Positions 20,070-31,284 of a DNA stretch of 64,000 bases are shown here, piece after piece. This DNA comes from Spirochaetaceae bacterium (lineage in GTDB: Bacteria > Spirochaetota > Spirochaetia > DSM-2461), in contig JAOPTT010000005.1 of the NCBI GenBank assembly GCA_051531975.1, positions 288,001 through 352,000 of the forward strand, given 5' to 3'. Both the position numbers and the translations under genes were made by a program. The notes below the pieces were generated by a model. That model saw only the letters and a list, made by a program, of their open reading frames with translations, was not told where the DNA came from and made no database searches. How positions within the stretch are numbered: position 1 is the first letter of the stretch; every line of letters begins with the position of its first letter.

Positions 20070-21008
20070 TTAAATTAAAACATACATAATTGCTTTAATT
20101 GAGTGTTTTCTATTCTCTGCTTCATCCCAAACTACAGAATTTTTTCCTTCTAAAACATCAGTGGTTACTTCTAATCCTCTAACAGCTGGTAAACAGTGCA
20201 TAAATATAACATTTTTGTTATTTGAAAGTTTTAATGATTCGTTATTTACTTGGTAAGGTTGTAAAAGCTCAATACGTTCTTTAGATTGACCCTCTTCACC
20301 CATAGATACCCATACATCAGTATATATTACGTCAGCTTTATCAAATCCTTCTTTTACATTTGATGTTACTTTTACAGATGAACCGGAGATTTTTCCCTGA
20401 TCTATAGCATAGTTTAAAACATCTTCCATCGGGGATAAAGTTGTAGGGCAAACAATAGTTATGTTCACACCCATCTTAGCACAACCAATCATTAAAGAGT
20501 GAGCCATGTTATTTCTACCATCACCAACATATACTAATTTTTTACCGTCTAAGGTTCCAAATTGTTCTTCAACAGTCATTAAATCTGCTAATATTTGGGT
20601 AGGGTGGTATAGATCAGTTAGTCCGTTAAAAACAGGCACACCAGAGTAATCTGCTAGTTTATCTACGGTCTCTTGTTCAAAGCCTCTATATTGTATTCCA
20701 TCAAACATTCTTCCTAATACTCTAGCAGTATCTTCAACTGTCTCTTTTGCACCTAATTGAATATCTTTTAATGAAAGTAGAACTGGATGTCCACCTTCTT
20801 CTCCAAAAGCTGTTTCAAAAGCACACCTAGTTCTAGTAGATGGTTTTTCAAAAATCATAGCAAGAGATTTACCTTTAAACATTTCATGGTTAATACCATT
20901 TTTTTTATCGGCTTTAAGTTTATGTGCAGTATCTAATATATATCTGATCTCATCTTTACTAAAATCCTTTAGTGTTAAAAATGATCGTCCCTTTAATTTC
21001 TCTTTCAT
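20070..21008 (-). CDS. argF: Ornithine carbamoyltransferase
   Basis: STRT, HPTQ, DVWVSMG and HCLP motifs. Anabolic versus catabolic role not resolved. Confidence 0.92.
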   Translation of the reverse strand: MKEKLKGRSFLTLKDFSKDEIRYILDTAHKLKADKKNGINHEMFKGKSLAMIFEKPSTRTRCAFETAFGEEGGHPVLLSLKDIQLGAKETVEDTARVLGRMFDGIQYRGFEQETVDKLADYSGVPVFNGLTDLYHPTQILADLMTVEEQFGTLDGKKLVYVGDGRNNMAHSLMIGCAKMGVNITIVCPTTLSPMEDVLNYAIDQGKISGSSVKVTSNVKEGFDKADVIYTDVWVSMGEEGQSKERIELLQPYQVNNESLKLSNNKNVIFMHCLPAVRGLEVTTDVLEGKNSVVWDEAENRKHSIKAIMYVLI

Positions 21009-21076
21009 AATGTACTCCTAGAATAAATATTGTATTATTATACATAAATGGTGCAACAATATCCACCCCGGGGAGT

Positions 21077-23569
21077 TTATTTAAAAGTATCAGGTGGGAA
21101 AAGACTATAAATAGCTTCTTCTACCCTTGAGTAACTATTAAAAGTTATTTTATCAGTTATCTCTTTTGGTATATCTTTAATATCTTTTTTATTGATTTCA
21201 GGTATTAAAACAGTAGTAGAACCATTCCTTGCTGCGGCTAAAACTTTCTCTTTTAACCCACCTATTGGAAGTAGTTGACCAGTTAATGTAATTTCTCCGG
21301 TCATAGCTGTTTTTTTATTAATGCATATATTTTTTAATGCAGAAATCAGAGCAGATGTAATTGTAATACCAGCTGATGGTCCATCTTTTTTTATAGCACC
21401 TTCTGGGGCATGAATGTGTATATCAGTTTTATTATCAAATTCAGGATCTATTTTAAACAGTTTATAGTGGGATTTAACATATGAGATAGCAATTTGAGCA
21501 CTCTCTTTCATTACATCTCCGAGTTGACCTGTTAATATAATTTTTCCTTTACCCTTAGATAAAGTTATCTCTATAGGTAAAACTGTACCACCAACTTGAG
21601 TCCATGCAAGACCTACCGAAATACCAGGAACAGTAGAGTCTTTTACATCTCCTTCAGGAATTAAATCGTCTCCTAATAGACTATTTAAGTTATCATTTGT
21701 AACACTAAAATTTATGTTCCCAGGATTAAACTCTGCAGGTTCAGTACTCTTTTTAAAATAATCTGGATACTTTCTTATATAGTCTCCATTAAAATATTTT
21801 GTGCCCTGGGGGCTTGTTTCAAAGTCTTCTAGTTCTAATCTTGCAATTTTACGAAGTGCTGTTGCTATATTTCTATTTAAGTTTCTAACACCTGATTCTC
21901 TAGTAAATTTTCTGATTATTTTTAATAAACTCTCATCAGTAAATTTTATATTTGCATCCTTTAAACCTAAAGCCTTAAGTTGTTTAGGTATTATGAATCT
22001 CTTTGCAATCTCTGTTTTTTCTATTTCTGTATATCCCTGAATTTCAATAACTTCCATTCTATCTAATAATGGTGCTGGAATTGGGTTTAATGAGTTTGCA
22101 GTCGCTATAAAAAGAACATCAGATAGATCAAATGGTAGTTCTATATAGTGGTCAGTAAAAGTATGATTTTGTTCAGGATCTAAAACTTCTAAAAGTGCGG
22201 AGGATGGATCTCCTTTATAGTCTGATGATATTTTATCTATTTCATCTAAAAGTATAACTGGATTTTTTACACCAGTTTTTTTAACTGCCTGTATAATTTT
22301 ACCAGGAAGGGCACCTATATATGTTTTTCTATGACCTCTAATTTCAGCTTCGTCTTTTACACCACCTAGAGCTATCCGGCCAAATTCTCGTCCTAGTGAG
22401 TTAGCAACTGATTTACCTAAGGATGTTTTACCAGTTCCTGGAGGACCAACTAAACATAAAACAGGAGATTTTTTTTCTGTATCAAACTGTCTTACTGCTA
22501 TAAAGTCTAAAATTCTGTCTTTAGCTTTTACCATATTGTAGTGGTCGTTATTAAGTACTTCTTTTGCTTTATGTAGGTTTTTCTGATCTATTGTAGTTTT
22601 ATTCCAAGGTAGTTCAACTATTGTTTCCAAATAAGTCCTTAAAATACCAGCTTCTGGAGATATTGGTTGTAGTTTTGTTAACCTATGGGCATCTTTTAAC
22701 AGTTTATCTTTATCTTTTTGATTAAGAGCAATATTATCAATTTGTTTGGTCAGCTCATTAGATCCATTTGGATCATCTTCTTTACCTAACTCTTTATTTA
22801 TCTCTTTCATCTGCTCATTTAAAAAATAGTCACGTTGAGTTTTTTCTAAATTCTTTTTTACTCTACCATGTAATTTTTGTTGTAATTTAAGTATTTCAAT
22901 TTCAGATTTTAATGTAACAGCAATATTTTCAAGGTTTATATAGTTATTACCTTCTAAAAAATATTTCATTTTAATTTTGTAGGGTAGAGGGGTTACAAAA
23001 CATATATTTCCTAATAGTTTATTTGCAGAATCTGATCGATCTATTGTAGAAATAACCTCTTCAGGTATTTTCCCGTGAATAGAACTAAATTCTGTAAATA
23101 TTTTTTTAACAACTTCTATAAGGGATGTTATTTTAGGGTCACTGCTTTCAGATTCATTTAAAAGTTTACAATCTGTAGCATAATAATCTGAGAATGTAAT
23201 TCCTTTAATAGTTACTTTATTTATACCTTCAACTAATAATCTAACAGTTCCATCTGGTAATTTAAGAATTTGTAAAATATTACAAAGAGTTGCAGTCTTA
23301 TATGTATTATTAAGAGATTTTCCCTTTGTTTTATTTATAGGGTAACCAATTACGAATTTTTTATTAGATTCCATAGCTATTTCATAGGCTTTTATATCAC
23401 TTTTGCCATTTATAAAAATTGGAGCTATAGTATTTGGAAATATAACAGTCTCCCCTAATGTTATGTAAGGGAGTGTCTGTCTACCTCTATTTATCCCCTG
23501 GGGCTTTGTAGAGTTCTCTAGGCCAGTCGTGGATTTCTTCTTCAGTATCTTGTATAATAGGTTCTTCAT
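21077..23569 (-). CDS. lon: ATP-dependent protease Lon
   Basis: LON N domain, [18 protein letters not shown] and catalytic DGPSAG. Start uncertain because it overlaps clpX. Confidence 0.95.
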   Translation of the reverse strand: MKNLLYKILKKKSTTGLENSTKPQGINRGRQTLPYITLGETVIFPNTIAPIFINGKSDIKAYEIAMESNKKFVIGYPINKTKGKSLNNTYKTATLCNILQILKLPDGTVRLLVEGINKVTIKGITFSDYYATDCKLLNESESSDPKITSLIEVVKKIFTEFSSIHGKIPEEVISTIDRSDSANKLLGNICFVTPLPYKIKMKYFLEGNNYINLENIAVTLKSEIEILKLQQKLHGRVKKNLEKTQRDYFLNEQMKEINKELGKEDDPNGSNELTKQIDNIALNQKDKDKLLKDAHRLTKLQPISPEAGILRTYLETIVELPWNKTTIDQKNLHKAKEVLNNDHYNMVKAKDRILDFIAVRQFDTEKKSPVLCLVGPPGTGKTSLGKSVANSLGREFGRIALGGVKDEAEIRGHRKTYIGALPGKIIQAVKKTGVKNPVILLDEIDKISSDYKGDPSSALLEVLDPEQNHTFTDHYIELPFDLSDVLFIATANSLNPIPAPLLDRMEVIEIQGYTEIEKTEIAKRFIIPKQLKALGLKDANIKFTDESLLKIIRKFTRESGVRNLNRNIATALRKIARLELEDFETSPQGTKYFNGDYIRKYPDYFKKSTEPAEFNPGNINFSVTNDNLNSLLGDDLIPEGDVKDSTVPGISVGLAWTQVGGTVLPIEITLSKGKGKIILTGQLGDVMKESAQIAISYVKSHYKLFKIDPEFDNKTDIHIHAPEGAIKKDGPSAGITITSALISALKNICINKKTAMTGEITLTGQLLPIGGLKEKVLAAARNGSTTVLIPEINKKDIKDIPKEITDKITFNSYSRVEEAIYSLFPPDTFK

Positions 23570-24767
23570 TATCTGTTATCACTTCTTTTGTTATTATTAC
23601 TCGCTTAGCAGTTTTTGTAGAAGGAACTTCGTACATCATAGAATTAATACGACTTTCTACAATAGTTCTAAGACCCCTTGCTCCAGTTTTTCTTACTTCT
23701 GCTAACTCTGCAATTGCTTTAATTGCTTCAACTTCAAAATAAAGATCTACGTCATCAAGTCCTAATAGAGCTGTATACTGTTTAACAATTGAGTTTTTAG
23801 GTTCAGTTATAATTCTAACTAAAGCATCCTGATCCAAATTATTTAAAGAAACATTTATAGGAAGTCGACCAATAAACTCAGGGATTAAACCAAATTTAAC
23901 TAAGTCATCTGCTTCTAAATCTGTTAATAAATCTGCTAGGTCTTTCTCTTTGGCAGTTCTAATATCTGCTCCAAAACCCATACTGTTTTTACTAACTCTT
24001 TTCTCAATAATTTTATCTAAACCGACAAATGCACCACCACAAATTACTAAAATGTCTTTTGTGCTAATTTTAAGCATGTCTTGGTTTGGGTGTTTTCTTC
24101 CACCCTGTGGAGGAACAGAAGCTTCTGTTCCTTCTATGATTTTTAAAAGAGCCTGCTGTACACCTTCACCAGATACATCTCTAGTTATTGAAACATTTTC
24201 ACTCTTTTTTGATATTTTATCTATCTCATCTATATAAATGATACCTTTTTCAGCTTTTTTAATATCATTTCCAGCATTTTGTATAAGCTTTAATAGAATA
24301 TTTTCTACGTCTTCACCTACATAACCTGCTTCTGTTAATGTTGTTGCATCAGCTATTGCAAAAGGTACTTTAAGTTTTCTAGCTAAAGTTTTTGCTAATA
24401 AAGTTTTACCAGTACCAGTTGGTCCAATTAGTAGAACATTAGATTTCTCTAACTCTACTGAATCGTCTAGTTTATGTCCCGATAAAATTCTTTTATAATG
24501 ATTATAAACTGCAACTGAAAGAGTTTTTTTTGCTTTCTCTTGTCCAATTACATAAGTATCTAAATGTTCTTTAATCTCTTTTGGAGTAGGTAGATTTTCA
24601 TCTATTTCTAAAGCTTCTGTAGAAGTTTCTTCATCTACGATTTTTGTACAAACATCTATACATTCGTCGCATATGAATACACCTGGTCCAGCTATTAATC
24701 GTTTTGCTTCATCGGAAGATTTACCACAAAAAGAACATGATTTATCTTTTGATTTATTTTTTGCCAT
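23487..24767 (-). CDS. clpX: ClpX ATPase
   Basis: CSFCGK..ICDEC zinc finger, [18 protein letters not shown] and an MGF loop. Confidence 0.97.
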   Translation of the reverse strand: MAKNKSKDKSCSFCGKSSDEAKRLIAGPGVFICDECIDVCTKIVDEETSTEALEIDENLPTPKEIKEHLDTYVIGQEKAKKTLSVAVYNHYKRILSGHKLDDSVELEKSNVLLIGPTGTGKTLLAKTLARKLKVPFAIADATTLTEAGYVGEDVENILLKLIQNAGNDIKKAEKGIIYIDEIDKISKKSENVSITRDVSGEGVQQALLKIIEGTEASVPPQGGRKHPNQDMLKISTKDILVICGGAFVGLDKIIEKRVSKNSMGFGADIRTAKEKDLADLLTDLEADDLVKFGLIPEFIGRLPINVSLNNLDQDALVRIITEPKNSIVKQYTALLGLDDVDLYFEVEAIKAIAELAEVRKTGARGLRTIVESRINSMMYEVPSTKTAKRVIITKEVITDNEEPIIQDTEEEIHDWPRELYKAPGDK

Positions 24768-24768
24768 A

Positions 24769-25362
24769 CTAGTCCCTTACTAAAACTTTATCTACTAAAC
24801 CGTATTCAACAGCATCTGCTGATGTTAGAAAGAAGTCTCTTTCAAGGTCTTCTCCTAACTCTTCTACAGTTTTACCTGAGTGTTTTGCAAGATACTCTAT
24901 TAGTAGTACTTTTAATCTAGATATTTCCCGTGCCTGAATACCAATATCTCTAGCCTGACCTTGAACACCACCCCAAGGTTGGTGAATCATGATTCTAGAG
25001 GATGGAAGACTGAATCTTTTACCAGCGGCTCCACCATTTAATAGTATAGCACCCATACTTGCAGCTTGACCAATACAGATTGTTTGAACATCTGGTTTAA
25101 TCCACTGCATAGTATCGTAAATTGCTAACCCAGCAGTTACAGAACCACCAGGAGAGTTAATATAAAGACTTACATCCTTATCAGGATCTTGAGATTCAAG
25201 AAATAGTAATTGGGCAATAATTAAGTTAGCTGTTGTATCGTTCACTTCACCATCTAAAAAAACAACTCTATCTTTTAACAATCTAGAATATATATCGTTT
25301 CTTTCCCAACCAGAACCAGTTTGTTCTGTTACTTGTGGAACTATATAATTTTCAACTTTCAT
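24769..25362 (-). CDS. clpP: ClpP protease subunit
   Basis: [14 protein letters not shown] and MIHQP motifs. Confidence 0.97.
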   Translation of the reverse strand: MKVENYIVPQVTEQTGSGWERNDIYSRLLKDRVVFLDGEVNDTTANLIIAQLLFLESQDPDKDVSLYINSPGGSVTAGLAIYDTMQWIKPDVQTICIGQAASMGAILLNGGAAGKRFSLPSSRIMIHQPWGGVQGQARDIGIQAREISRLKVLLIEYLAKHSGKTVEELGEDLERDFFLTSADAVEYGLVDKVLVRD

Positions 25363-25386
25363 TATTACCCTCTTTATTTATAAGTA

Positions 25387-26745
25387 TTATTTACCTAATA
25401 AAAAATCTGCATAATCAACTTTGTCACCTTTAGTAACAGTAGAAGATTTTAACAGATCTTTAATAAGTTTCTTAGTTTTAATATCTCTTGTTAAGTATTC
25501 CATCATGCCATTTTTCTCAAATGTTTCTTTTAATTCATCAACTGGCATTTTGTACATTTCAGATTGAGTTTCAATCTCAGCAGCAATGTCTTTTTCTGTT
25601 ACTTTAATCTCTTCTTTATCTAGAATCTTTTCTAATAAAATCTGAGACTTAACAGTTTTTTCAGCATCTTCTTTCCAAGTTTCTTTTAAACCATCTTTAG
25701 TTTGACCCTGTAGTTGTAAGAACATTTCAATGTTCTCCTCAGTCATTCTAGATTGCTGCATAAAGTTTTGCCATCTGTTATCAAGTTCTGCGCTAACCAT
25801 TGAAGTTGGAATAGTTAATTCTGAGTTTTCAACAATTTTTAACAGTAAGTTATCAGTTTTAATGTTATCTACTCTCGTAGCAACTTCATCTTTCATTTTC
25901 TTTTCGATAGATGCCTTTAAGTCATCTAAAGTATTAAAATCTTCTGAAACGTCCTGAGCTAATTCATCATCTAAAGCAGGAAGTTGTTTCTCTTTTACCG
26001 CTTTAATTTTAACCCTAATTTTTTTAGTAGTTTCTGCTAATTCTTTTACTTCAAAATCAGAAGGATAAGTTTTTTCAATTACTTTTTCCTGGTCAACTTT
26101 CATTTTAATAACGTCGTCGTCTAATTTGTAGTAGTTATATCCAGTACCTACAGTGAAAACAAAATCTTCTCTCTTAGTATCTTCTATAATATTTCCATCA
26201 GCATCTAACTCTGCATAGTCCATTGTTACAATGTTCTCTTTTGCAATAGTTTTACTAGCTTTATCCATTACAACAGAGTTCTGCTCTTGGATTTTTACTA
26301 ATTCAGCATCCTTATGCTTTTTAAGAATACTAACTTTAGGTTCAGTAATTGCTAAACCTCTATACTCTCCAAGTTTTACCTCTGGGAATACATCGTATTT
26401 AATAGTAAAAGAAAATTCTTTGTCTTGATCAAAATCTAACTCTCCAATAAGTTCTGGAGTAGCCATACCTAATGGTTTTTCTTCAATATCTTCAACTGCT
26501 GCTTTAAAAGCTTTTTCTAGTAAGTTACTTGCTGCTTCTTGTTTAAGACTTTCACCAAAACGTTGTTCTAAAATTGATGTAGGTACTTTTCCTTTTCGGA
26601 AACCTTTAATCTGTACTGATTTAGAGTATTTACCGATTAAAGAATTATACTCTTTTTTTGATTCTGCTTTCTCAACTGTTACAGAAAGCTTAACTGCTGA
26701 GTTTTCCAGCTTCTCAATGTTTTTTTTAGAAATCACGTGTTCCAT
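25387..26745 (-). CDS. tig: Trigger factor
   Basis: GFRKGKVP ribosome-binding motif; lies upstream of clpP. Confidence 0.95.
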   Translation of the reverse strand: MEHVISKKNIEKLENSAVKLSVTVEKAESKKEYNSLIGKYSKSVQIKGFRKGKVPTSILEQRFGESLKQEAASNLLEKAFKAAVEDIEEKPLGMATPELIGELDFDQDKEFSFTIKYDVFPEVKLGEYRGLAITEPKVSILKKHKDAELVKIQEQNSVVMDKASKTIAKENIVTMDYAELDADGNIIEDTKREDFVFTVGTGYNYYKLDDDVIKMKVDQEKVIEKTYPSDFEVKELAETTKKIRVKIKAVKEKQLPALDDELAQDVSEDFNTLDDLKASIEKKMKDEVATRVDNIKTDNLLLKIVENSELTIPTSMVSAELDNRWQNFMQQSRMTEENIEMFLQLQGQTKDGLKETWKEDAEKTVKSQILLEKILDKEEIKVTEKDIAAEIETQSEMYKMPVDELKETFEKNGMMEYLTRDIKTKKLIKDLLKSSTVTKGDKVDYADFLLGK

Positions 26746-26767
26746 CCTTTAATAAAAATAAAGTAAT

Positions 26768-26800
26768 AAAAAAAAAGCGATTCGACTAGATCGAATCGCT
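26768..26800 (-). terminator. Terminator of the tRNA cluster
   Basis: AGCGAUUCGA-UCUAG-UCGAAUCGCU followed by a U tract. Confidence 0.85.
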
Positions 26801-26812
26801 AAATAGTTTTAA

Positions 26813-26884
26813 AGCGAAAGACGGGAGTCGAACCCGCGACATCCACCTTGGCAAGGTGAAGCTCTACCACTGAGCTACTTTCGC
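26813..26884 (-). tRNA. tRNA-Gly(GCC)
   Basis: GCGAAAGTAGCTCAGTGGTAGAGCTTCACCTTGCCAAGGTGGATGTCGCGGGTTCGACTCCCGTCTTTCGCT; CCA not encoded. Confidence 0.96.
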
Positions 26885-26914
26885 ATTAGATCTGGTCTTA
26901 ATTAAAAAACCGAT

Positions 26915-26996
26915 TGCGAGCGGAGGGACTCGAACCCTCACACCGCGAGGCACTAGATCCTAAGTCTAGCGTGTCTACCAATTTCACCACGCTCGC
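26915..26996 (-). tRNA. tRNA-Leu(TAG)
   Basis: Cloverleaf with long variable arm; anticodon loop CTTAGGA. Confidence 0.96.
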
Positions 26997-27060
26997 AATT
27001 GAATGTTGTTAAACAACTCGTTACCGAAGTAACGCTATGTTAGCTTGTAAACAAGCTATA

Positions 27061-27134
<74 letters not shown>

Positions 27135-27140
27135 AAGAAA

Positions 27141-27215
27141 GGGTGAATGACGGGATTTGAACCCGCGACAACCAGAACCACAAACTGGCGCTCTACCAAC
27201 TGAACTACATTCACC
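27141..27215 (-). tRNA. tRNA-His(GTG)
   Basis: Cloverleaf with encoded G-1, C73 discriminator and anticodon GTG. Confidence 0.96.
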
Positions 27216-27391
27216 ATATGGGCATATTAAAATAAGATGCCTTTTTGTAACCATTTCACTTTGAATTATTTGAACTTTTTTGTCAATACCGAAATATGGT
27301 ATCGAAGTTTAAAATAATCCTTGTTACTCAGCGAGATGTATAATTCCATAAACAGGTATTTTTGTCAAGTAAACCACTAAAAAAAATGGAA

Positions 27392-29551
27392 TTATTTATT
27401 TGCACTTAATATTAAATGGTTCGTAATCCAAGTAATTTCTTTTTCTGTTATTAATTCTTTTAAACATCTTACTGTTTCTTCTTTCTTATCTTCAATATTT
27501 AAAAATGCCATCGCTTTACCAAAATCACCACTAAACCAGAGATCAATATTCTCTTTTTTTATTACTCTTCTTTCAGTAATAGTTATATTGGATGATTCTA
27601 TATTAGTAAAACCCAACTCTTTTATCTTCTCTATTAAATCCCCAGAACTCCAGTTTGTTAATAAATTTTCTGGATTACTAAATATAATTTTCTCTATAGA
27701 TTCTAATGTATCTTTTAACAAATCGTTATTTACAATTAAATCTGATAACCTTGTCGATAATATAGGTAGTACTTGAGTTAGAGAGATAGCACCCTGGTTT
27801 TTTAGTTTTTTGTAGGCAGTAGTTAATATATCACTACTTTTTGTGAATTGTGTAAGTCTATTTTTTAATATTACAACTTCAAAGTCCATATCAACATCTG
27901 GTTTATCCGCATGTAAAAAATTAGGCCTATCTATAGAATCTAATGTGGAAACATAATAATTAAGAATATCCATGCTCTCTTTGTTTTCTAGACAAGATAA
28001 AACATAACCTTCTGGAACCTTTTTAAATGCTTCGAAGGTTAATGTTCCTCCTTCGTCACCTAAAAGCAGTATATTGTAATGTCTAGATATATCTAAATTT
28101 TTAAATATTTCAGATTTAATTTCATCTAAACTCTCTTTTAAATCACCCTGGGTTCGTTTAATCCATTTTTCTCTCTGTTTGTTATTAGGTGAGAAAGTCA
28201 AAACTTCCTGTGGGGCAGGTTCCATCATTATACTTAGCTGTTGCTCTCGTTTACTTAATACAGAGTTTTGAATTGTTTTCTCCCAACCTTGGTCTGATGG
28301 TTTATAAAATATTCTTCCTCTTAAAGCTTCTGGTAGATACGCCTGGGATACCCAGTGGTCTTTAAATGCGTGAGGGTATTTGTAACCCTCTCCGTGTCCA
28401 AAGCTATGTTTATCCCTAGATCCATCTTTTAAATGGTTAGGTACTTCTGTTTTTTCATCCTCAACAGCTTTTGCTGCATCAAAGTATGCCATTGTTGTAT
28501 TAGTTTTTTTAGTTGTTGCTAAATATAGTGTTGCTTGAGTTAGAAAGAATGCACCTTCAGGTAGTCCAACTCTATCAAAGGCCTGTGCGCAGCTATTTAC
28601 AACTTGTATAGCATTAGGGTCTGCTAGGCCAATATCTTCACTTGCTGATATTAACAGTCGTCTTAAAATAAAGTTTGGAGCTTCTCCGGCTCTTAACATT
28701 CTTGCAAGCCAGTATAAAGCCGCATCTGGGTCACTTCCCCTTACTGATTTAATAAATGCACTAATAGTATCGTAGTGATAGTCACCTTCTTTGTCGTATA
28801 AAATAGCTTTTTGCTGAATGCTCTCTTCTGCAGTTTCTAGATTTATTATAATTTTTTCACCATGGGGTGGGGGGAAGCTATCAGGAGTAGTTTCTACTGC
28901 AAGTTCAATTGCATTTAGTAAACTTCTGGCATCACCTGATGCTTTTTCAACTAAAAGCTCTAATGCTCCCTGAATAAACTCAACGTTCCAGTTGCCATAA
29001 CCTCTTTTTTTGTCAGCAAGAGCAGCTTTTGCTACATCAAATAGGTCAGAATCTTCTAGTTGTTTTAACTGAAATACCCGACTTCTACTAACTAAAGCGG
29101 AGTTAACCTCAAAATATGGGTTTTCTGTTGTTGCTCCAATTAATACAAATGTTCCATTTTCTACCCAGGGTAATAGGGCATCTTGTTGAGATTTATTCCA
29201 TCTATGAACCTCGTCAACAAATAATATTGTACGTTTACCATATAGTTTTCTATTTTCAGATGCTTCTTCTATGGCTTCTCTTATCTGTTTAACACCACTT
29301 AAAACAGCATTTATACTCAAAAATAGGCTTTTTGTTGTGCCGGCTATAACCCTCGCTAAGGTTGTTTTACCAGTTCCTGGTGGTCCATAAAATATTAGTG
29401 ATGATAGCTGGTCTCCCTTAATAGCCCGCCGGAGAAGCCTACCTTTACCAACAATATGATGCTGACCAAAATACTCATTTAAGTCCCTTGGTCTCATTCT
29501 TGCAGCTAGAGGTTCAGTATGGCTATCGTTTACACTATCAAAAAGATCCAT
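27392..29551 (-). CDS. rarA: Replication-associated recombination protein RarA/MgsA with a long C-terminal extension
   Basis: [36 protein letters not shown] and Y.YPH motifs, plus about 270 extra residues. Confidence 0.92.
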   Translation of the reverse strand: MDLFDSVNDSHTEPLAARMRPRDLNEYFGQHHIVGKGRLLRRAIKGDQLSSLIFYGPPGTGKTTLARVIAGTTKSLFLSINAVLSGVKQIREAIEEASENRKLYGKRTILFVDEVHRWNKSQQDALLPWVENGTFVLIGATTENPYFEVNSALVSRSRVFQLKQLEDSDLFDVAKAALADKKRGYGNWNVEFIQGALELLVEKASGDARSLLNAIELAVETTPDSFPPPHGEKIIINLETAEESIQQKAILYDKEGDYHYDTISAFIKSVRGSDPDAALYWLARMLRAGEAPNFILRRLLISASEDIGLADPNAIQVVNSCAQAFDRVGLPEGAFFLTQATLYLATTKKTNTTMAYFDAAKAVEDEKTEVPNHLKDGSRDKHSFGHGEGYKYPHAFKDHWVSQAYLPEALRGRIFYKPSDQGWEKTIQNSVLSKREQQLSIMMEPAPQEVLTFSPNNKQREKWIKRTQGDLKESLDEIKSEIFKNLDISRHYNILLLGDEGGTLTFEAFKKVPEGYVLSCLENKESMDILNYYVSTLDSIDRPNFLHADKPDVDMDFEVVILKNRLTQFTKSSDILTTAYKKLKNQGAISLTQVLPILSTRLSDLIVNNDLLKDTLESIEKIIFSNPENLLTNWSSGDLIEKIKELGFTNIESSNITITERRVIKKENIDLWFSGDFGKAMAFLNIEDKKEETVRCLKELITEKEITWITNHLILSANK

Positions 29552-30130
29552 TTAAAATAGAGCTTCTAGTTGTTCTGTCGTCTGTTTAATATAAGCCTTG
29601 TAGTGCGTATCTAATTGTTCTTGTTGCCCTCGATGAAAAGTAATAAAGTCTCTATCAGTTTCAGGTTCTATCGGTTCTACTTTTCCTGTCTGTTGTGCTA
29701 ATTGCATTGCCTTTTGTTGTAATTTTGGAGCAAATTCTGCTTTGCTCTGTTCTAATAGTTTTTGGCTATTATCAATATATTGCTGATAAACTGAGATTAA
29801 AGTTGTGAAAATCTGTTCAATTTCAGGTCCATCTGGTTTTAATATTAGAAATCCTTCTTTAATTTTTATAAGTTTATCAACGTCAGCTGTTGTATTAGGT
29901 AGATTTATATTTCTTATTAATACCCATATACTACCTTTTATTGAATCTATTTTTTCTGCTTCTGGGAGCTCTTCTAACCATTTATTAAAATTATATTTTG
30001 GTTTGTTTAAAAAACTAGACCCTGCTTCTTTACCAGTCTTCTCTAACTCTTTTCGTTTTAGTTCTGTTTTATCTATTGTTACTTTGCTAGCTCTTTCCAT
30101 TGCAAGCTCATACGCCGATTTAATTGCCAC
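29552..30130 (-). CDS. Conserved hypothetical protein (MAIKSAYELAMER N-terminus)
   Basis: Helical ORF translationally coupled between neighbours. Confidence 0.75.
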   Translation of the reverse strand: MAIKSAYELAMERASKVTIDKTELKRKELEKTGKEAGSSFLNKPKYNFNKWLEELPEAEKIDSIKGSIWVLIRNINLPNTTADVDKLIKIKEGFLILKPDGPEIEQIFTTLISVYQQYIDNSQKLLEQSKAEFAPKLQQKAMQLAQQTGKVEPIEPETDRDFITFHRGQQEQLDTHYKAYIKQTTEQLEALF

Positions 30131-30701
30131 TATCTGCTCCTATTGTATATGTATTGTCTTCAGTTATTACAAAGTCCATTTCTATATCCCAATCTTCTGT
30201 TGGAATATTTGTACTTAACTGTAAACTATATGTTATTCCTATTTTTATTACATCTTTATGTACTGCTAAATACTTATCGTAGTACCCAGCACCTCTGCCA
30301 AGTCTATTTCCTTTAATACTAAATCCTAAACCAGGAACTAACATTAAACTTTTGTTTGTTGGAGTTGAAACTTTCAGATCTTTTGATGGTTCTAAAATAC
30401 CATAACTATTTTTTATTAGTTCATCTCTGCTTATATTATCAATTCTATAAAAATCCATAGAAGTTCCATTTATGGTTGGAGCGTATACCTTTTTATCATA
30501 GGCAATTGCTAAGTCGATTATTATGTCAGTTTCTACTTCGGTTTTAAAATTCAAAAAAAGATATATTTTCGTACTTTCTTGCCACTCTTTAGTATTTATT
30601 ATGTTCTGAGCAATTTTGTAAGAATGTGATTCTCTTGTATCTTTATCCAATGTTGAGAGTTTCTGTTCAATTTCTTTCCGAAGGGTATTCTTAATATTCA
30701 T
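30120..30701 (-). CDS. 5-formyltetrahydrofolate cyclo-ligase
   Basis: YGILEP, VPGLGF, RLGRGAGYYD and D..MD.VITE motifs. Confidence 0.93.
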   Translation of the reverse strand: MNIKNTLRKEIEQKLSTLDKDTRESHSYKIAQNIINTKEWQESTKIYLFLNFKTEVETDIIIDLAIAYDKKVYAPTINGTSMDFYRIDNISRDELIKNSYGILEPSKDLKVSTPTNKSLMLVPGLGFSIKGNRLGRGAGYYDKYLAVHKDVIKIGITYSLQLSTNIPTEDWDIEMDFVITEDNTYTIGADSGN

Positions 30702-30722
30702 AATCTATCTTAATATATAATC

Positions 30723-31283
30723 ATGGATAAAGAAAAGATTGAAAGAGCAGTTCGTGACATTTTAGAAGCTATTGGAGAGAATCCAGATAGAGAAGGGTTA
30801 CTTGATACCCCAAGACGTGTAGCTAAAATGTATGAAGAGATTTTTAGTTCTGTGGGAAAAGACCCTGCTGAAGATCTTCAAGTTTTTTTTGAAGAGGATG
30901 GTCACGAAGAGTTAATTCTTGTAAAAGACATTCCTTTTTATTCTTGTTGTGAACATCATCTGGTTCCCTTTTTTGGAAAAGCTCATATAGGTTACATTCC
31001 AAGGGATGGGAAAATTACTGGTTTAAGTAAACTAGCAAGGGTTGTAGATACAGTATCTAAACGTCCACAACTACAGGAGAGGTTTACTACTCAGATATGT
31101 GATGCATTAGAGAAACAATTACATCCTTTAGGGGTAATTGTTGTTGTTGAGGCTGAGCATATGTGTATGACAATGCGTGGTGTGAAAAAATCCGGTTCTA
31201 AAACTATAACTAGTGGTGTTAGAGGTTGTTTTCAAACTGATGCTAAAGCTAGAGCAGAGGCTCTACAACTTATAAAATTCTAA
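30723..31283 (+). CDS. folE: GTP cyclohydrolase I
   Basis: [30 protein letters not shown] and HMCMTMRG motifs. Confidence 0.97.
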   Translation: MDKEKIERAVRDILEAIGENPDREGLLDTPRRVAKMYEEIFSSVGKDPAEDLQVFFEEDGHEELILVKDIPFYSCCEHHLVPFFGKAHIGYIPRDGKITGLSKLARVVDTVSKRPQLQERFTTQICDALEKQLHPLGVIVVVEAEHMCMTMRGVKKSGSKTITSGVRGCFQTDAKARAEALQLIKF

Positions 31284-31284
31284 T

